Below, in pieces: positions 14,325 to 29,169 of a stretch of 64,000 nt of DNA. A program made the translations under genes and the position numbers. How positions within the stretch are numbered: position 1 is the stretch's first letter; the number at the start of each line of letters is the position of its first letter. The notes beneath the pieces are model-generated. The model ran no database searches. It was not told the DNA's origin and was given only the letters and a program-made list of their open reading frames with translations. Source of the DNA: Eledone cirrhosa (Eukaryota); NCBI GenBank assembly GCA_964016885.1, contig OZ024746.1:65348001-65412000 (forward strand), written 5' to 3'.

Positions 14325-14875
14325 GAACTCCATATAGAGAATTATTGTCTACCCATTATTATTTTCAAAAGTAGTCTTGACCGAAGGTCAGAGGGGAAAG
14401 CAATCGCCAAAGTGCCGTATAAGAACATCATAAAAGGCCATGGATACGTTTGAACTAAACCACACTAAACTACAAGGCTTTCGTTTAACTGTATTAACAA
14501 TTATTTTTTATTCGAGATGAAGTAACAAGGATTAGTTATATATTTAATATCCTTCGATTGGATGTATTATTTAAATGTAATAAATTGGATCGATTGATAT
14601 CGAATACACTGGCGTCTATAGAAAATTTAACCCTGTGCTGATTTAAAGGGCTAATATTAAAATACAGTTGTCTGCACTAATATAGAGGTATATAGAGCAA
14701 CAATCTTGGATGTAATGAATGTATTCTATAAGATAAAATACTTCTATTTATTGGGTTTAAATGCTGATAATTTTAACATCAATGTGTATTACAGACACAT
14801 ACATGTCTCAATTTACGCACACACATATACACATATAACATATACTTATTTATACACATACTTGTATCTATGTTT

Positions 14876-15193
<318 letters not shown>

Positions 15194-15789
15194 GGAAATT
15201 TAGTAAAATCGAATCTCTGGCGGTTTGCAAGCAAATTCTGCCTACTTATATGAAATGATGAGTTAGTAAAGCACTCGATAAGGTAGGTCCTTAGAGTAAT
15301 AACATACGTTTAAATAGCTTGACAAATCAAACATTGTGGTAGGCAAAATCTAACACAATAATGTACCAAAGTAACGATAGAACTAATAGGTTGAGGAAAA
15401 TACACCTGGACAAATCAAACGATTATACGTTTCAAGTGTTTCTTTGAAACCGAAATCAGATATCAGACTTACGTGACAGGCAAGCTCGTGGTATTTATGA
15501 TCGAACAGAGGATTCAGTTTTTCAACAGGTTTTCGTTCTACCCAGGACGGGGTGATAGGCTAAATGTTGCCGCTAGATGCAGTGTATCGTATCTATAGCT
15601 GTCACGTTTTAATTCCAGCAAAGGAAATAACCCCCGGTTTTTGGCGGGTGATTCAAAATGTTAGACAAAGGAAATACTTTAATATATATATATATATTCA
15701 TATATATACATACACATTTACTTTCACGTATACTTACACATATACTTACATGTATATATATATATATAGTTTAAATTTAGCTTTAATAT

Positions 15790-15837
<48 letters not shown>

Positions 15838-15867
15838 TATATATATATATGTATATATATATATTTA

Positions 15868-15977
15868 TAAAATAACAGATTAAAGTTTAAGCAAAGAATC
15901 GCTGCTTTCACCCTTAACGGGATCTCGTTAAGGGTGAAAGCAGCGATTCTTTGCTTAAACTTTAATCTGTTATTTTA
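15868..15977. repeat. 110-bp spacerless palindrome (fold-back of a Penelope-type terminus)
   Basis: arms are reverse complements about 15922/15923 with one G.T mismatch; un-mirrored copy at 56467-56522; tail matches 33303-33350 (minus). Confidence 0.9.
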
Positions 15978-16075
15978 ATAAATATTTGCTCTACGGTTCT
16001 TATATATCTGATATATATTTATCCTTATCGAGCGCTCTTTAGATTTTAGTCTTCACATTTATTATTATTACTATA

Positions 16076-16179
16076 TCCCGCCGAGGTTGACTTTGCCTTT
16101 AATCCTTACGGGGTCGATAAAATAAAGTACCAGTATTGCAATGGGTAATTGCTGGCCTTGTGCCCAAAGTAGAAACAAT

Positions 16180-16182
<3 letters not shown>
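16076..16182 (+). mobile_element. SINE family A, 5'-truncated
   Basis: central domain and tail. Confidence 0.85.
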
Positions 16183-16215
<33 letters not shown>

Positions 16216-16635
16216 TGTATTTATGTATGTGTTTATATCAATTGCAATGAATATAAAAACGTATCAAATCGCTTGCCAAAGAGCAAATTAGATGTCAACT
16301 TCTTCAGTTTAATGAATGGAAATTATATGTTCATTAATGGTTATTTACTACACTGCCGTCGGTTTTGCTTTTCCTGGCAGGTCACTCTGTAATTAGACGT
16401 AAATGATCTCATTCATACAATTTATTATCTGTATTTTATATTTTTGGAAGGCGCTCTATAATTTAGACTTACCAAAATATTGTTTAGTAAAGTAACAAAG
16501 TACATGCCGGCATACAGAGTCGTACACACAGACGCACATACATAAACATTTATAATGTAGTATATAAGCATATAGACAAAGGTACACGCACACACTCAAC
16601 TTCACACACACATAACTCTGTATATATATATATAT

Positions 16636-17007
<372 letters not shown>

Positions 17008-17020
17008 GTATGTATGTATG

Positions 17021-17051
<31 letters not shown>

Positions 17052-17589
17052 CAAAGGGCAAAGGAGCTCTTAAGAGTCAATGACCATCCAAAATCACCGG
17101 GAGAGATGACCCCTTAGCCTTTGTCAAGGCAGAATTCTAGGAGAAGGAAAACTCTGATATAACACCTGCAACTCTGGTGGTATCCAATGATGTTGACTTG
17201 TTCTTCTTTTTGGTAAATATCATGTTGGTTAAGAGAGTGGGACTGGCTTTGTGCAGTGCCTTTGCTCACTATAAAAGCTTCACGGCACAGACATTGCTTT
17301 ATATCTGGAGATCTCTCTGCACTTGTCATCACATGGTACCATGGACCCAGCACTATGTGTCAATAATTGTCACAGTGTAGTGTTTGTACCAGAGTTTTCA
17401 AGTCGCTGGCTGGACTAAAAAGTCACACTCGTTCAGCGCATCGGTAGGGGTTCTCCTACATGGATATAAAGTAGTGGCCGTACTCGAAAACGAGTTAGCA
17501 GCCACCATGTATGTATGCATGTATGCATGTATGCATGTATGTATGTATGTATGTATGTATGTATGTATGTATGTATGTATGTATGTATG
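17052..17589 (+). mobile_element. non-coding retroposon family C (RTE-like bipartite element), 5'-truncated, (ATGT)n tail
   Basis: four similar copies in window; contains CTAGGAGAAGGAAAACTCTGA resembling RTE 5'-UTR motif; ends GCAGCCACC(ATGT)n. Confidence 0.75.
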
Positions 17590-18724
17590 AATATATATAT
17601 ATATATATATACTTTTTCGATTCACTTACCTAATATCTTCACATTCCACATTTTACTTCCCATTTTCTTTCACTACCTGATAATACATGACACTTGCGTT
17701 TTCCACTCCAGATATATTCTGTTGTTTCGCAGCCGATTTTATATTTGTACTCATTTATTCATACGGCTGGTTTATAATCTGTATCTATGTGTGTGAGTGT
17801 GCTTATGTGTGTATACGTTCTGTATATTTATACGAATGCCTCCGTATGTGTGCGTGCGTAAGTATATATATGTGTGTGTATGTGTGTTTTTATATTTTTA
17901 TATCTATGTTTTTTACATACTTATTTATACGTGTGCGTGTATGCGGGTGAATTTATGTGTATGTGTATGTATATGTGTGTATATGTATATGTATGTATGG
18001 GTGTATATATATATGTATATATATATATATAGTCGCGTACGTACGTGTGATTAGATATATATGTGGCGATATATATATATATACGTGCCTCGTGTGTATG
18101 TATGTACGCATGCATGCGCTTTTGTCTGTACGTATTTGTGTATATAAATATTTTATATATATATGTGTATGTACGTGCGTACCTATGTTTGTTTTCTTTT
18201 CTCTAGTATTAATTGATTACTTTCTCTTTGATTAAAACATTTTTTTCATTCTCATATATTGTTTCATTTTTATACATATATCGAGAATAACACTTCTTTT
18301 TACTATTACACTCCCTTCCCTCTTTATCTTCCGCATATAAGTGACCGCACGTGTGTGTGTGTTTATACGCGTGCTTTCATACTCGTATGTGTATTTAATA
18401 CCTGTATCTGGATGCGTGTTAACTATATTATCATACAATTTCTTTTTCAACTCATATTATATACGTATTTGTGGTCACATATACACAAATATACTTGCCC
18501 TCATATATGTACTTACGCACACATTTTCACCATACACATACATTTGTACATACACACATATGTACATTTGTGAGTGTATATACATACATATACACATACC
18601 CTAACTATATTTCCTTATTTTTTTACATATATCTTGCATTACTTTTATTTATATATTATTTTGCCCGTTAAGCTCTTGCATTTCTTGAGGAGACTTTTCA
18701 AATATTTCACTATGTTTTAAATTG

Positions 18725-18800
18725 CCTTGTCCGACGAACGAATGAGGGACGTTTTTTCGTATTCGTCTTATTCGGGAAACCTCTGGCAATGAGGTAATTA
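18725..18800 (+). ncRNA. hammerhead-like motif (variant core)
   Basis: CCGACGA-ACGAAT...ATTCGT...GAAA-CCTC-TGGCAAT-GAGG-TA; stems II and III clear, stem I weak. Confidence 0.5.
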
Positions 18801-18901
18801 TATTGTATTGTTTACTATACATTAAATTTTGCTCTGGTACTTACATAGAGCACTCTTCACTCCTATGACTTTTTCAATTTTCAACAGAAACCTCAATACT
18901 T

Positions 18902-18932
<31 letters not shown>

Positions 18933-18952
18933 GTGTGTGTGTGTGTGTGTGT

Positions 18953-19110
18953 ATTTACTCAGCTGTAGAAATGAGTACCGGCCTTCCCGCCCAGCCAGTG
19001 GGGTGGCGTTATCTTATGGCTCAAACAGCATATATATATATATATTACAAAGGCGGTGCCCCGATATGGCCTCAGCCGGATGGCTGGAACAGGTAAAAGA
19101 GTGAACGAAT
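18953..19110 (+). mobile_element. SINE fragments (family B tail type 2, plus another SINE-like tail GGCGGTGCCCC...AGGTAAAAGA)
   Basis: 18953-19030 matches 43020-43100. Confidence 0.65.
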
Positions 19111-19185
19111 ATATATATATATATATATACATTCCTTTATATTGACTACGCTTCTTCCCATGCACAAAGTACTCCCCTGATTCGT

Positions 19186-19334
19186 GATCTCCCTGGTTTC
19201 AGCACTGCAGATTACACACACACACACACACACACGCACACACACACACGCACACATACATACACACACACATTTATATATATATATATGTGCGTGTGTG
19301 TGTGTAATCTGCAATGCTGAAACCAGGGAGACCA
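19186..19334. repeat. inverted repeat mirrored across a (CA)n-(TA)n-(TG)n centre
   Basis: TCTCCCTGGTTTCAGCACTGCAGATTACAC ... GTGTAATCTGCAATGCTGAAACCAGGGAGA. Confidence 0.9.
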
Positions 19335-19357
19335 CACAGATATGTTACAATTTAACA

Positions 19358-19433
19358 CCTGTCACACCTGATGACAATATATCAAAGGATTCTGATGCGA
19401 TATCTTCGATGTCATCGAAATGCGCATAACAGG
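19358..19433 (+). ncRNA. type I hammerhead ribozyme candidate
   Basis: CCTGT..CTGATGA (19368) ... GAAA (19417) TGCGCA TA ACAGG; palindromic stem III ATGCGCAT; CCTGT/ACAGG stem I offset by 5 nt. Confidence 0.55.
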
Positions 19434-19484
19434 ATGCAAATTGGAGCACTCGACGAAGTTCACAGGTTGGTATGTTTACTCCGT

Positions 19485-19522
<38 letters not shown>

Positions 19523-19541
19523 TATATATATATATATAAAG

Positions 19542-19726
19542 AATTGTTTCTACTTTAGGCACAAGGCCAGCAATGACCCAGTGCATTACTGGTACTTTAT
19601 TATATCGACCCCGTAAGGATGAAAGGCAAAGTTAACCTCGGCGGGATTTGAACTCAGATGGTAAAGGGACGTAACTATGCTGGAAAGCATGGCGTCCGAC
19701 CCTCTACCGATACTGCCAATCCACCG
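19542..19726 (-). mobile_element. SINE family A
   Basis: reverse-complement match. Confidence 0.9.
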
Positions 19727-19734
19727 TATATATA

Positions 19735-20405
19735 TAAAGAATGAATAATAACAGGTAGACATCATAAAAAGGTAATTTATTCCGTGTGCTTACAACTGTT
19801 TCCACGGTGGTTATACAGCCTAGTTATGCTATGTGCAAATTTACAACTATTTGCAAAACTCAAATATCAAATGCTGTGACCACTGTATCATCAGAGTAGA
19901 ATGGTTAAAATGTACAATGTAAATACCCATAAGTGAGGTTATTGGAGAAGATAGAGTAGAAAAGGTAGAGAGAAAAGTAGGGCAGAGGAAGAGAGAGAGA
20001 GAAAGATATGCAGGGGTTGGAGAAATAGGAGAGAGTGGTTTGTAGATATCTTAATAAAAATGTTATGGTAGGGGTTTTATTATACTTTTTCTCTCTTCTT
20101 TTTCTACTCTATCTTCTCCAATAACCTCACTTAAGGGTATTTACATCGTACATTTTAACCATTCTGCTCTGATGATACAGTGGTCACAGCATTTGATATT
20201 TGAGTTTGTAAGCACACGGAATACATTACCTTTTTATAATGTCTACCTGTTATTATTCATTCTTTATCTACACTCCGGAATACAGAAGGATCAGGAACTA
20301 AGTTTCTTCAACAATTCTTCCATAACTCGTTGAGTAACCTCTCACCGTACGTCAACCATATCCAGTGTAGTAATTAACCCTTACTGCATCTAGGATAATA
20401 TTATA
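19735..20405. mobile_element. Penelope-type non-coding terminus with inverted duplication; HHR at 19787-19898 (minus)
   Basis: arms ~19735-19975 and ~20090-20267; minus strand reads CTGATGA-long stem II-GAAACAGTTGTA-AGCA; right arm has lost the GAAA segment. Confidence 0.75.
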
Positions 20406-20473
<68 letters not shown>

Positions 20474-20923
20474 GGTATACGGTATATATGATAGGATGTA
20501 CTATATGTTTATAAACAATAAAAATACGGGAGTCTTTCTATCAAAGAAAACAAAAAGTCTTTCTTTACGAAAAAAATATTTTCTCTTTTTCTCTCTGAAC
20601 ACTTCACTGATATCACAATAGTAGTCGATATTGCCAGACAGCTCTGTTTCAAGATTAATTAATCACTCATCAGTGACATTCACTCAACCGGTACTTATTT
20701 GGGAAAAACTAGAGTCTATTTACATTTGGCGTGATGAATATTTGCTGGAGATTCTCATTTGCAATAACGGTTGTTTATTATGTCACGTAAAGAACTCTAC
20801 TGCCACTAGTATTAAGAATGCCCCCTCCGCCCCATAAAAAAAACATTACATACTAAGGGATTCAAGATAATACTCAACGGGAGGTAACAGTTTATTATTA
20901 TATTTCTTAATATGTATATTTAT

Positions 20924-21000
<77 letters not shown>

Positions 21001-21136
21001 TAGAGATATATATATGTAGAACACTGGAAGGTAATACCCGTAGTGGCAGAGCACTCAGTCCATGATACGAGATGGTAGAAGTAGTAACACGACCATAAAA
21101 TTGTTCTCGGTATGGTGAACTAACTGTTGTATTATT

Positions 21137-22078
<942 letters not shown>

Positions 22079-22091
22079 CGGTATACACTGA

Positions 22092-22382
22092 GAATGAAGA
22101 ACTCTGAGCTGTACAGGAGCGTCCCAAAAGTCAACTCAAAAGTAGCACAGAGTAGACTGAGGTTAGCTGGACATGCTCACCGACATCCAGTGTTGACACT
22201 ACACTCAGTGCTCCTGTGGGAGCCTCTGAATGGACACACTGGAAGAGGAAGACCGAGGTTGACATATGTTGATGCCCCAAGGACAGACACTGGTCTCTTG
22301 GAGACGCAGGACATGGCAGCGATGATGAGTGACAGAGACCGTTGGAGAGAACTCGTCCATGGATCTCGGGAATTTTACCCGT

Positions 22383-22384
<2 letters not shown>
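22092..22384 (+). mobile_element. RTE-clade LINE 3' end (non-inverted part of the same insertion)
   Basis: NSELY...RLRLAGHAHRH...LLWEP...[11 protein letters not shown]...DRDRWRE, followed by (TA)n. Confidence 0.92.
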
Positions 22385-22477
<93 letters not shown>

Positions 22478-23263
22478 AGAAACTGGTATCATTCTCACTT
22501 TATTCCTCCCCCATATATGTATGTATACAAACATATATATATGGATAAAACAAGTATACTTGAGGACAATTCTATCAGTATTTTGGACAACAGAAAATGC
22601 TGTTAATCATTACATTAAGCGATTATGTTACATAGTCTGCGAGAAATATAAGACGGGAATGTGTGTAAAATTATGTTGAAGATGAAACAAATGTATACGT
22701 AGACATCTATTTGATATGGAGAATTCACATAGTGGTTATACTATGAACTTTCAGACAGAGTGAAAACGCCAACTCTGTTTCTATTCTTATATAAATCTCA
22801 AACGTTTAACAGTGATATATACGATAAAATCTGTATATCAGTCTCGATTCAACTGATTCACTTGATGATGCACACACATAAACGCACAGAAACAAACACA
22901 CACACACATGTGTGTATGTATAAGTATTATATACACCATGTTTTAGTGTTTCACATCGGGAGATCGATGAGGAAATATCTAAAGCGTAGTTTATTACTTA
23001 TATAGCACCCGTTGTTTAGATAATACCTCGCCTTAATTACCAGCTGCACTTTCTTGAAGTGTAAAGAAAAGGTTAAATTATATATATTCATATATATCGA
23101 TATTATCATCAAAGAACCTGAATAGTATTCTTGTGTTGTAGAACGACAACTTTCATCTGTTTCTCATCATTCTTTCGCTGTATTTGGCTGTCACACAGAT
23201 TCACATTCACATGCGTATAAATAGACACACACACAGATATACACATATACGTCCACACACACA

Positions 23264-23346
<83 letters not shown>

Positions 23347-24782
23347 ATATATATATACATATATACATGCACACACATACAAATATACTCATACATATGA
23401 ATGTACGTGTGTTTGGAAATACATCCATAAATATGACATCAAACTTGTTGGGTGTTATGCGGAGGCAGCATATATATTTGTAAACTAGACAGAAAATATT
23501 CCATTATTATAAAATTTATTGAATATTATCATAATTACAATGAGAGACCTAAGCAACATTAAAAGAACTGTTGAGAGCAGTGATTTATTCACGTTTTCTT
23601 TTATGGTCGGATCAGATCGTTTCTATGTGCTTCAAGTCCAATGGTATCTTGTCGGTAACTGGTCATTGGTGAGTATAATGGTGACAAGAGGAATAGAATG
23701 GCTTACATTATACTGGTTAAGCAATTGTGGTAGCTAAGCGGTTATGCAAATCAATATTAACAGGATAGAAAAATGTTCTACAATACACCTATGAACCCTG
23801 GTTCTTATGACAACCGTCACACATTGTGTTTAGTGTAGTACAATTACTGTCAGCATTATCTTCAAACAAAATAGACATAGATGAATATTATATGCGATTC
23901 TTCTTCATCATAGTTACTGTTCATTGTTTTCACAAATATACTTTTAGAATTGTGTGTAGAAAGTTTTATAATTTAGATAATTGCATCTTTTATCTGGAAG
24001 TTATGAATAGCTAATTTGTTTGGCTGGGGAGAATTCCTCAAAGACAAATATGAAAAGCAGTCATTAAAACTGAATGCAACTGACCTGAATGTCTAATTAA
24101 AGTAATTATTTGTTAAGTGAGTCTTTACTGCTATTGGACGTTGATTACATTAAACTATCATCAAAGGAAACCTTGATTAGTTTTACCAAGTAGTTAAGTA
24201 AAACTTTGAGCGATAAATTAGAACCAATCAGTAAACCACTGTGATTATGGGCAGTTCTGCTCTTTTCGAAGTAGTATATATATTTGGCGGAATAGATCGG
24301 GGGCTTTTAGTGAGTTGTAATGTAAAAATGTAGGAGTGTCGGAGAATAGAGAGTTATAATTAAAGTTTCAACGAGTAGAATGAGATGGGAGTGGAAATTC
24401 TATCGCTCAGATATATATACATTCGTGCAACCGTAATAATTAGTTATTCTAATAGAAGAGCGGTGTCGCCAAAAAATATTCTCTGGCGAATACGTAGTCG
24501 AAATAATATCACAAGAAATATCTGCTGACAAAGGTATCGGTTCGGTGGTTAGTTGATTGACATTTATAGAGAAAAAGCGCGTGTTGTGTGCATAAAAACC
24601 TATAGTTCTATTAGAATGTTGTCTAAAACATGTCGAAGTGTCTATCAATGTTTCTAAACGTATTTTGTCTTCTATACTTTATATAAAAAGAAAACACCCT
24701 TATAAAATACCTTGAATCTCCATTATCTATATCCTTTCTAACGGGAAATCGAAGACATCTCTATACTTCATTATAACCGTGA

Positions 24783-24968
24783 GGGCGGTGAATTGGCAGT
24801 ATCCGCAGAGGGTCGGACACCATGATTTGACGCATAGAGTTACGGCTCTTGCCATTCTGAGTTCAAATCCCGCCGAGGTTAACTTTGCCTTTCATCCTTA
24901 CGGGGTCGATAAAATAAAGTACCAGTAATGTACTGGGTAATTGCTGGCCTTGTGCAGAACCAATTATA
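24783..24968 (+). mobile_element. SINE family A with TSD
   Basis: TSD ATTATAACCGTGAG / ATTATAATCGTGAG. Confidence 0.9.
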
Positions 24969-25438
24969 ATCGTGAGAAATAGCAGTCAAATCCCTTCAAC
25001 TACACCATTACTGTCTCTGAAAAAGGCGGATGTGTCGAGGCTCGTACAACTGTAATCACAGATTTACACAATTAGACGAATCCCAAGGCTAAACAACATC
25101 AACACTAACACCTCCCTAAAAATGACCATTCCAATACCTAGCCGTCACATCGTCTCTCACTTTGACTTAACCACTGACGCTCCCTTCAACATTTGAAACA
25201 GATCACCATTTCTTGCTGCTTTATTATCCTGCAGCCAAGACACATCACATTAGTTATTTAACGAACATCCATGTATGTATTAATCTCTCTATCTGTCTGT
25301 ATTTTTTTGTACACACGCACACATATATATATATATGTAATTTTAAATTGTTAAACAATATTCAATGATTATGTCAAAGAAAGAGTTTTACAGTAGATTG
25401 GAAGCACTCAACGGTAAAAAAAAATGTTCTGGAGTTAT

Positions 25439-25679
25439 TAATATTAAAATATAAGTATTAATAAAATAGATGTTCTTTTGATCAATTACATTTTATTATA
25501 CATATTTCGGAGGTTTAATCAAGGTAGACTGCCTTGATTAAATCTTAACCATTTAACATCTCAGGGTATGTCATGTGTCATTATATTTTGTCTGATGAGG
25601 ACGTACTGTTGTACATCCGAAATATGTATAATAAAATGTAATTGATCAAAAGAACATCTATTTTATTAATACTTATATT

Positions 25680-25688
<9 letters not shown>
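25439..25688 (+). ncRNA. type I hammerhead candidate (25580-25642) inside a 73-bp inverted repeat
   Basis: CTGATGA-GGACGTAC-TGTT-GTACATCC-GAAA-TATG-TA; arms 25439-25511 / 25616-25688 are reverse complements; abuts (TA)n. Confidence 0.7.
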
Positions 25689-25734
<46 letters not shown>

Positions 25735-25896
25735 AAAAAAAAATTAAATATTTGTTTTACATTCCTCATTCCTGTATATACATGTACACACACAGAGTTA
25801 TAAGAAAAATCACATACGCACAAAACACACACATCTGTACCCCCTCTCTCCTCCTCTTTCTCTCTATATACTGGTATCTACCTCTCTATGTAGGGC

Positions 25897-26078
25897 TAAT
25901 AATTGTTTCTACTTTTGGCACAAGGCCAGCAATTACCCAGTGCATTACTGGTACTTTATTTTATCGACCCCGTAATGATGAAAGGCTAAGTTAACCTCGG
26001 CGGAATTTGAACTCAGATTGGAAAGGGCCGTAACTCTATGCATCAAAGCATGGCGTCCGACCCTCTACCGATACTGCC
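25897..26078 (-). mobile_element. SINE family A
   Basis: reverse-complement match. Confidence 0.9.
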
Positions 26079-28041
26079 ATGCTGTTAGAAGACCATTCAG
26101 TAACGAAATAATAATTGCAACGAGATCAGGTGACGAAAGTTCTTGTGTTTATCTTAGGCTTTCATCTTGTTGGATATCGATGAGCATTCAAACTAGCTAC
26201 AGAATCATGGATATGTTCAACAATGAAAACAAAAGGCGTGGCTTAGTTCTAAATTAGTTCATTGTTTTGCGATTATTTCAGAAGGTTATTTGATCATGAT
26301 AAATCGATTGATTGGCATTTATAGAGAAAACTAATCGATAGTAGTTATGTTACTCCATATTATTAGTCTCGATACTAAAGACCCATCTCACCGTCTTCGT
26401 CAGAAACAACGAACTAGAATCTTCTTTGGAAAATATATAAACAGAGATTGAAATACATTTATTAAATTGTGGAGCAAAGAATAAATAAAACAAGATTCAC
26501 AAAGATGAAAATTACAAGTAAAAATATAAATATTAAATATACAAGCAATGTAAGAGAAATGTAAGAGAAAAATGTAAGAGAAAAAATGTAAGAGAAAAAA
26601 GATTATAAATTAGACTGTTGGTGGTACATGATATAGATAATGAAAGTTATGAATCGATAAGGAATCACTTGAAAGAATAAAAGAATATAAATAGATAAAC
26701 ATATTTGGTTACCACGCTGGTACTATTCTACTTTTCATCGGCAGACCTATCAACTCTCTCCGTCCGGCCGGGAGATCTCCCACCCACTTTGTAGTGGTTG
26801 AGAGATGCCTTCTCTTGTGAAATCTCATTAAGTAAAATCTCTCCATTTTGCCTCATTTCTCTCCCATTTGGGACACTTTTTTCATGGTTTGGGCTTTTAG
26901 AGTTTGGGAGATCTGCATTGGGTTAATTGTTATTGTTTTATCAAGTTCTCGGTTATTGTACTGGCATCCATCTTCACTTAATACAGATCTACTCAAAGAA
27001 CGGAAATCAATTTGGAATTATAAGAAATTAAAAAAAATATCACTCTTCCTCTATTGTCAAAATGTGGTGACTAACATGACAAAGCATCCCTTAAAATGAT
27101 TGCTAATACGGTTGTATATGAAAAGTAAAAAAAAGAAGAATAATACACATCTCCCAAGCTTTTAATAAACAAATATCTACAAACTTACAACTGCATCTGG
27201 TCAAAACAATGTCTGTTTATTTGAAATCATATTAAGCCTTAATCTGCTAGGTAAGACTATTGTGAATGTGTATCAACGATATAAAAAATGTTGGAACATT
27301 GCATACAGTACAACATAAAATCAAAGTCTCTATTGAAAGCCATCTGGAAGGAAATATAAATATAGACAAATAAACAAAATTAAGCGGACAATGATAGACA
27401 ATTTAACTGCGTAAATCGTTCTAGGAAATGGTCCCTGTGCAGCACAGTCATACAATATACTTACACAGCAAATCTGCCTATGAAACAGAAGAAACAAAGA
27501 ATTTCACGCCACAAATACCAGATTAAATTCAGTAAAAGTAAGACCCTGATATAAATCACAAACATGGTAATTATCTGATGGGGTAATAATAGCCGAAATG
27601 GTAATTGGGGAAAAGTAATGCCGTCTCGAACAATTTAGATCGACAAGGAAAAAAAGGGACCAATAAATAAATCAATGATAAATTATGCTACTTTTGAGAG
27701 ACGAAGAAGAGAAGAATAAGATTTACATAAACCGCAAAAGATTCAATACTTACATAAAAAATAAAAGGTATGTGAAATCTCATAAACTACGAAACCGGGG
27801 AAAATCGAACCACAGTCACCTATGGGGCAGTCAGGCAGAGAGGGAAAAAAATGTAGGGGGAAGCAGTAAGAAAGAAAGAGACGGGTCACAGCGGAGGAAA
27901 ATATATAAATATATGAAAAATATGAAAACGTGTTTATATATATATATATATATATATACGTTATTCCGGGTTGAGTCGGAGGTAACCACAGTAAGTAAGG
28001 TACTCAATACAATGCAGAGTATAACAGTTTTAATATAGATG

Positions 28042-28092
28042 AGATTCTACAGGACTAGAACTGTTTCATTCTTTAGAAATCATCAGGAATCT
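28042..28092 (-). ncRNA. type I hammerhead ribozyme, canonical core
   Basis: minus strand AGATTC-CTGATGA-TTTC-TAAA-GAAT-GAAA-CAG-TTCTAGTC-CTG-TA-GAATCT; all three stems pair. Confidence 0.85.
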
Positions 28093-28761
28093 GGGTATCA
28101 AAAAATAAGTATGGTATTTATAGGTCTCTTCAGGTGGTAGGAGAGGGTAGGGAGTGGGATGGGTGTAGGTCATTGGTTGATAGAAAAGGGAATTCATTAA
28201 AAGCTAATTCTTCAAAGCTATAGTTTATATTTAGAGTAAAAAAGGCAGAATGAATTCTATAAACAAGTTCAGGATGGGTGCCACTCCTTATTTTTAAGTT
28301 TCTCTTAAGCTAACAATGCCTAGATTTCAGGTGTCTATAAGATCAATGGGGGTCAGTCATGGTTGATGGATTTAAAGAAAAGGGAGATTCTTTAAAGCTA
28401 ATTCTTTAAGGTTCTACTAAGTGACAAAAGGCCTAGAGAATTCTATAGACCAGTTCAAAATATTGAGTGCATATCACTTTGAAGATAATTGTGTGTTACT
28501 ATGTGTTTATTCTAGTATGTGTGGGTGCTTACTCTGAAGTGTGAGCAGACGTGTGAAGTACTGAACCCAGCATGACTCTGTTGAAATGTGTCGGTCGGAA
28601 AATGGTCTATTAACCGTGTGGCCGCAGATACTGACCAGAACTTGTGATGACGTGGAGTAAGAATAGCCAATGACATGACAGGAGTGGAAAGAGGGTTTTT
28701 TTGAGGGTGTTGTTTTGATGATAACACCCCAGTGATAAAATTTGCTCCGGACATAACACCA

Positions 28762-28850
28762 GTGTCTGAAAGAACCCGCAGAAGTAGAATCAGCCAGATC
28801 CATACAAGGACCATGACTCGAGCTACATGCCGGCGAAACATTTGTAACAC
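28762..28850 (+). ncRNA. type I hammerhead candidate with long stem II
   Basis: GTGT-CTGAAAGA-...GTAG...CTAC...-GAAA-CATTTG-TA-ACAC; one extra core nucleotide; ~50 nt upstream of (TA)n. Confidence 0.5.
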
Positions 28851-28949
28851 GAAATAAACTAAGTCCAGATGCATCACGGATTTTTCGTTTTCTTTATAAT
28901 ATATATATATATATAAATTATAAAGAAAACGAAAAATCATATTTATATA

Positions 28950-29116
<167 letters not shown>

Positions 29117-29169
29117 TGCTCACATTTCAACCAGGTTTGATGGTCTTTATTCTCTCTCGTTCACGATTT

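Noticed and set aside
17114-17380. Recurrent 67-80 aa ORFs in family C as a conserved small protein
   Set aside because: They recur only because the repeat copies are similar; they occur on both strands, lack recognisable motifs, and other copies carry stops
27570-27605. CTGATGG...CCGAAA, and the similar CCGATGA...GGAAA at 31033-31075, as hammerheads
   Set aside because: Core substitutions and no convincing stems; at most decayed remnants
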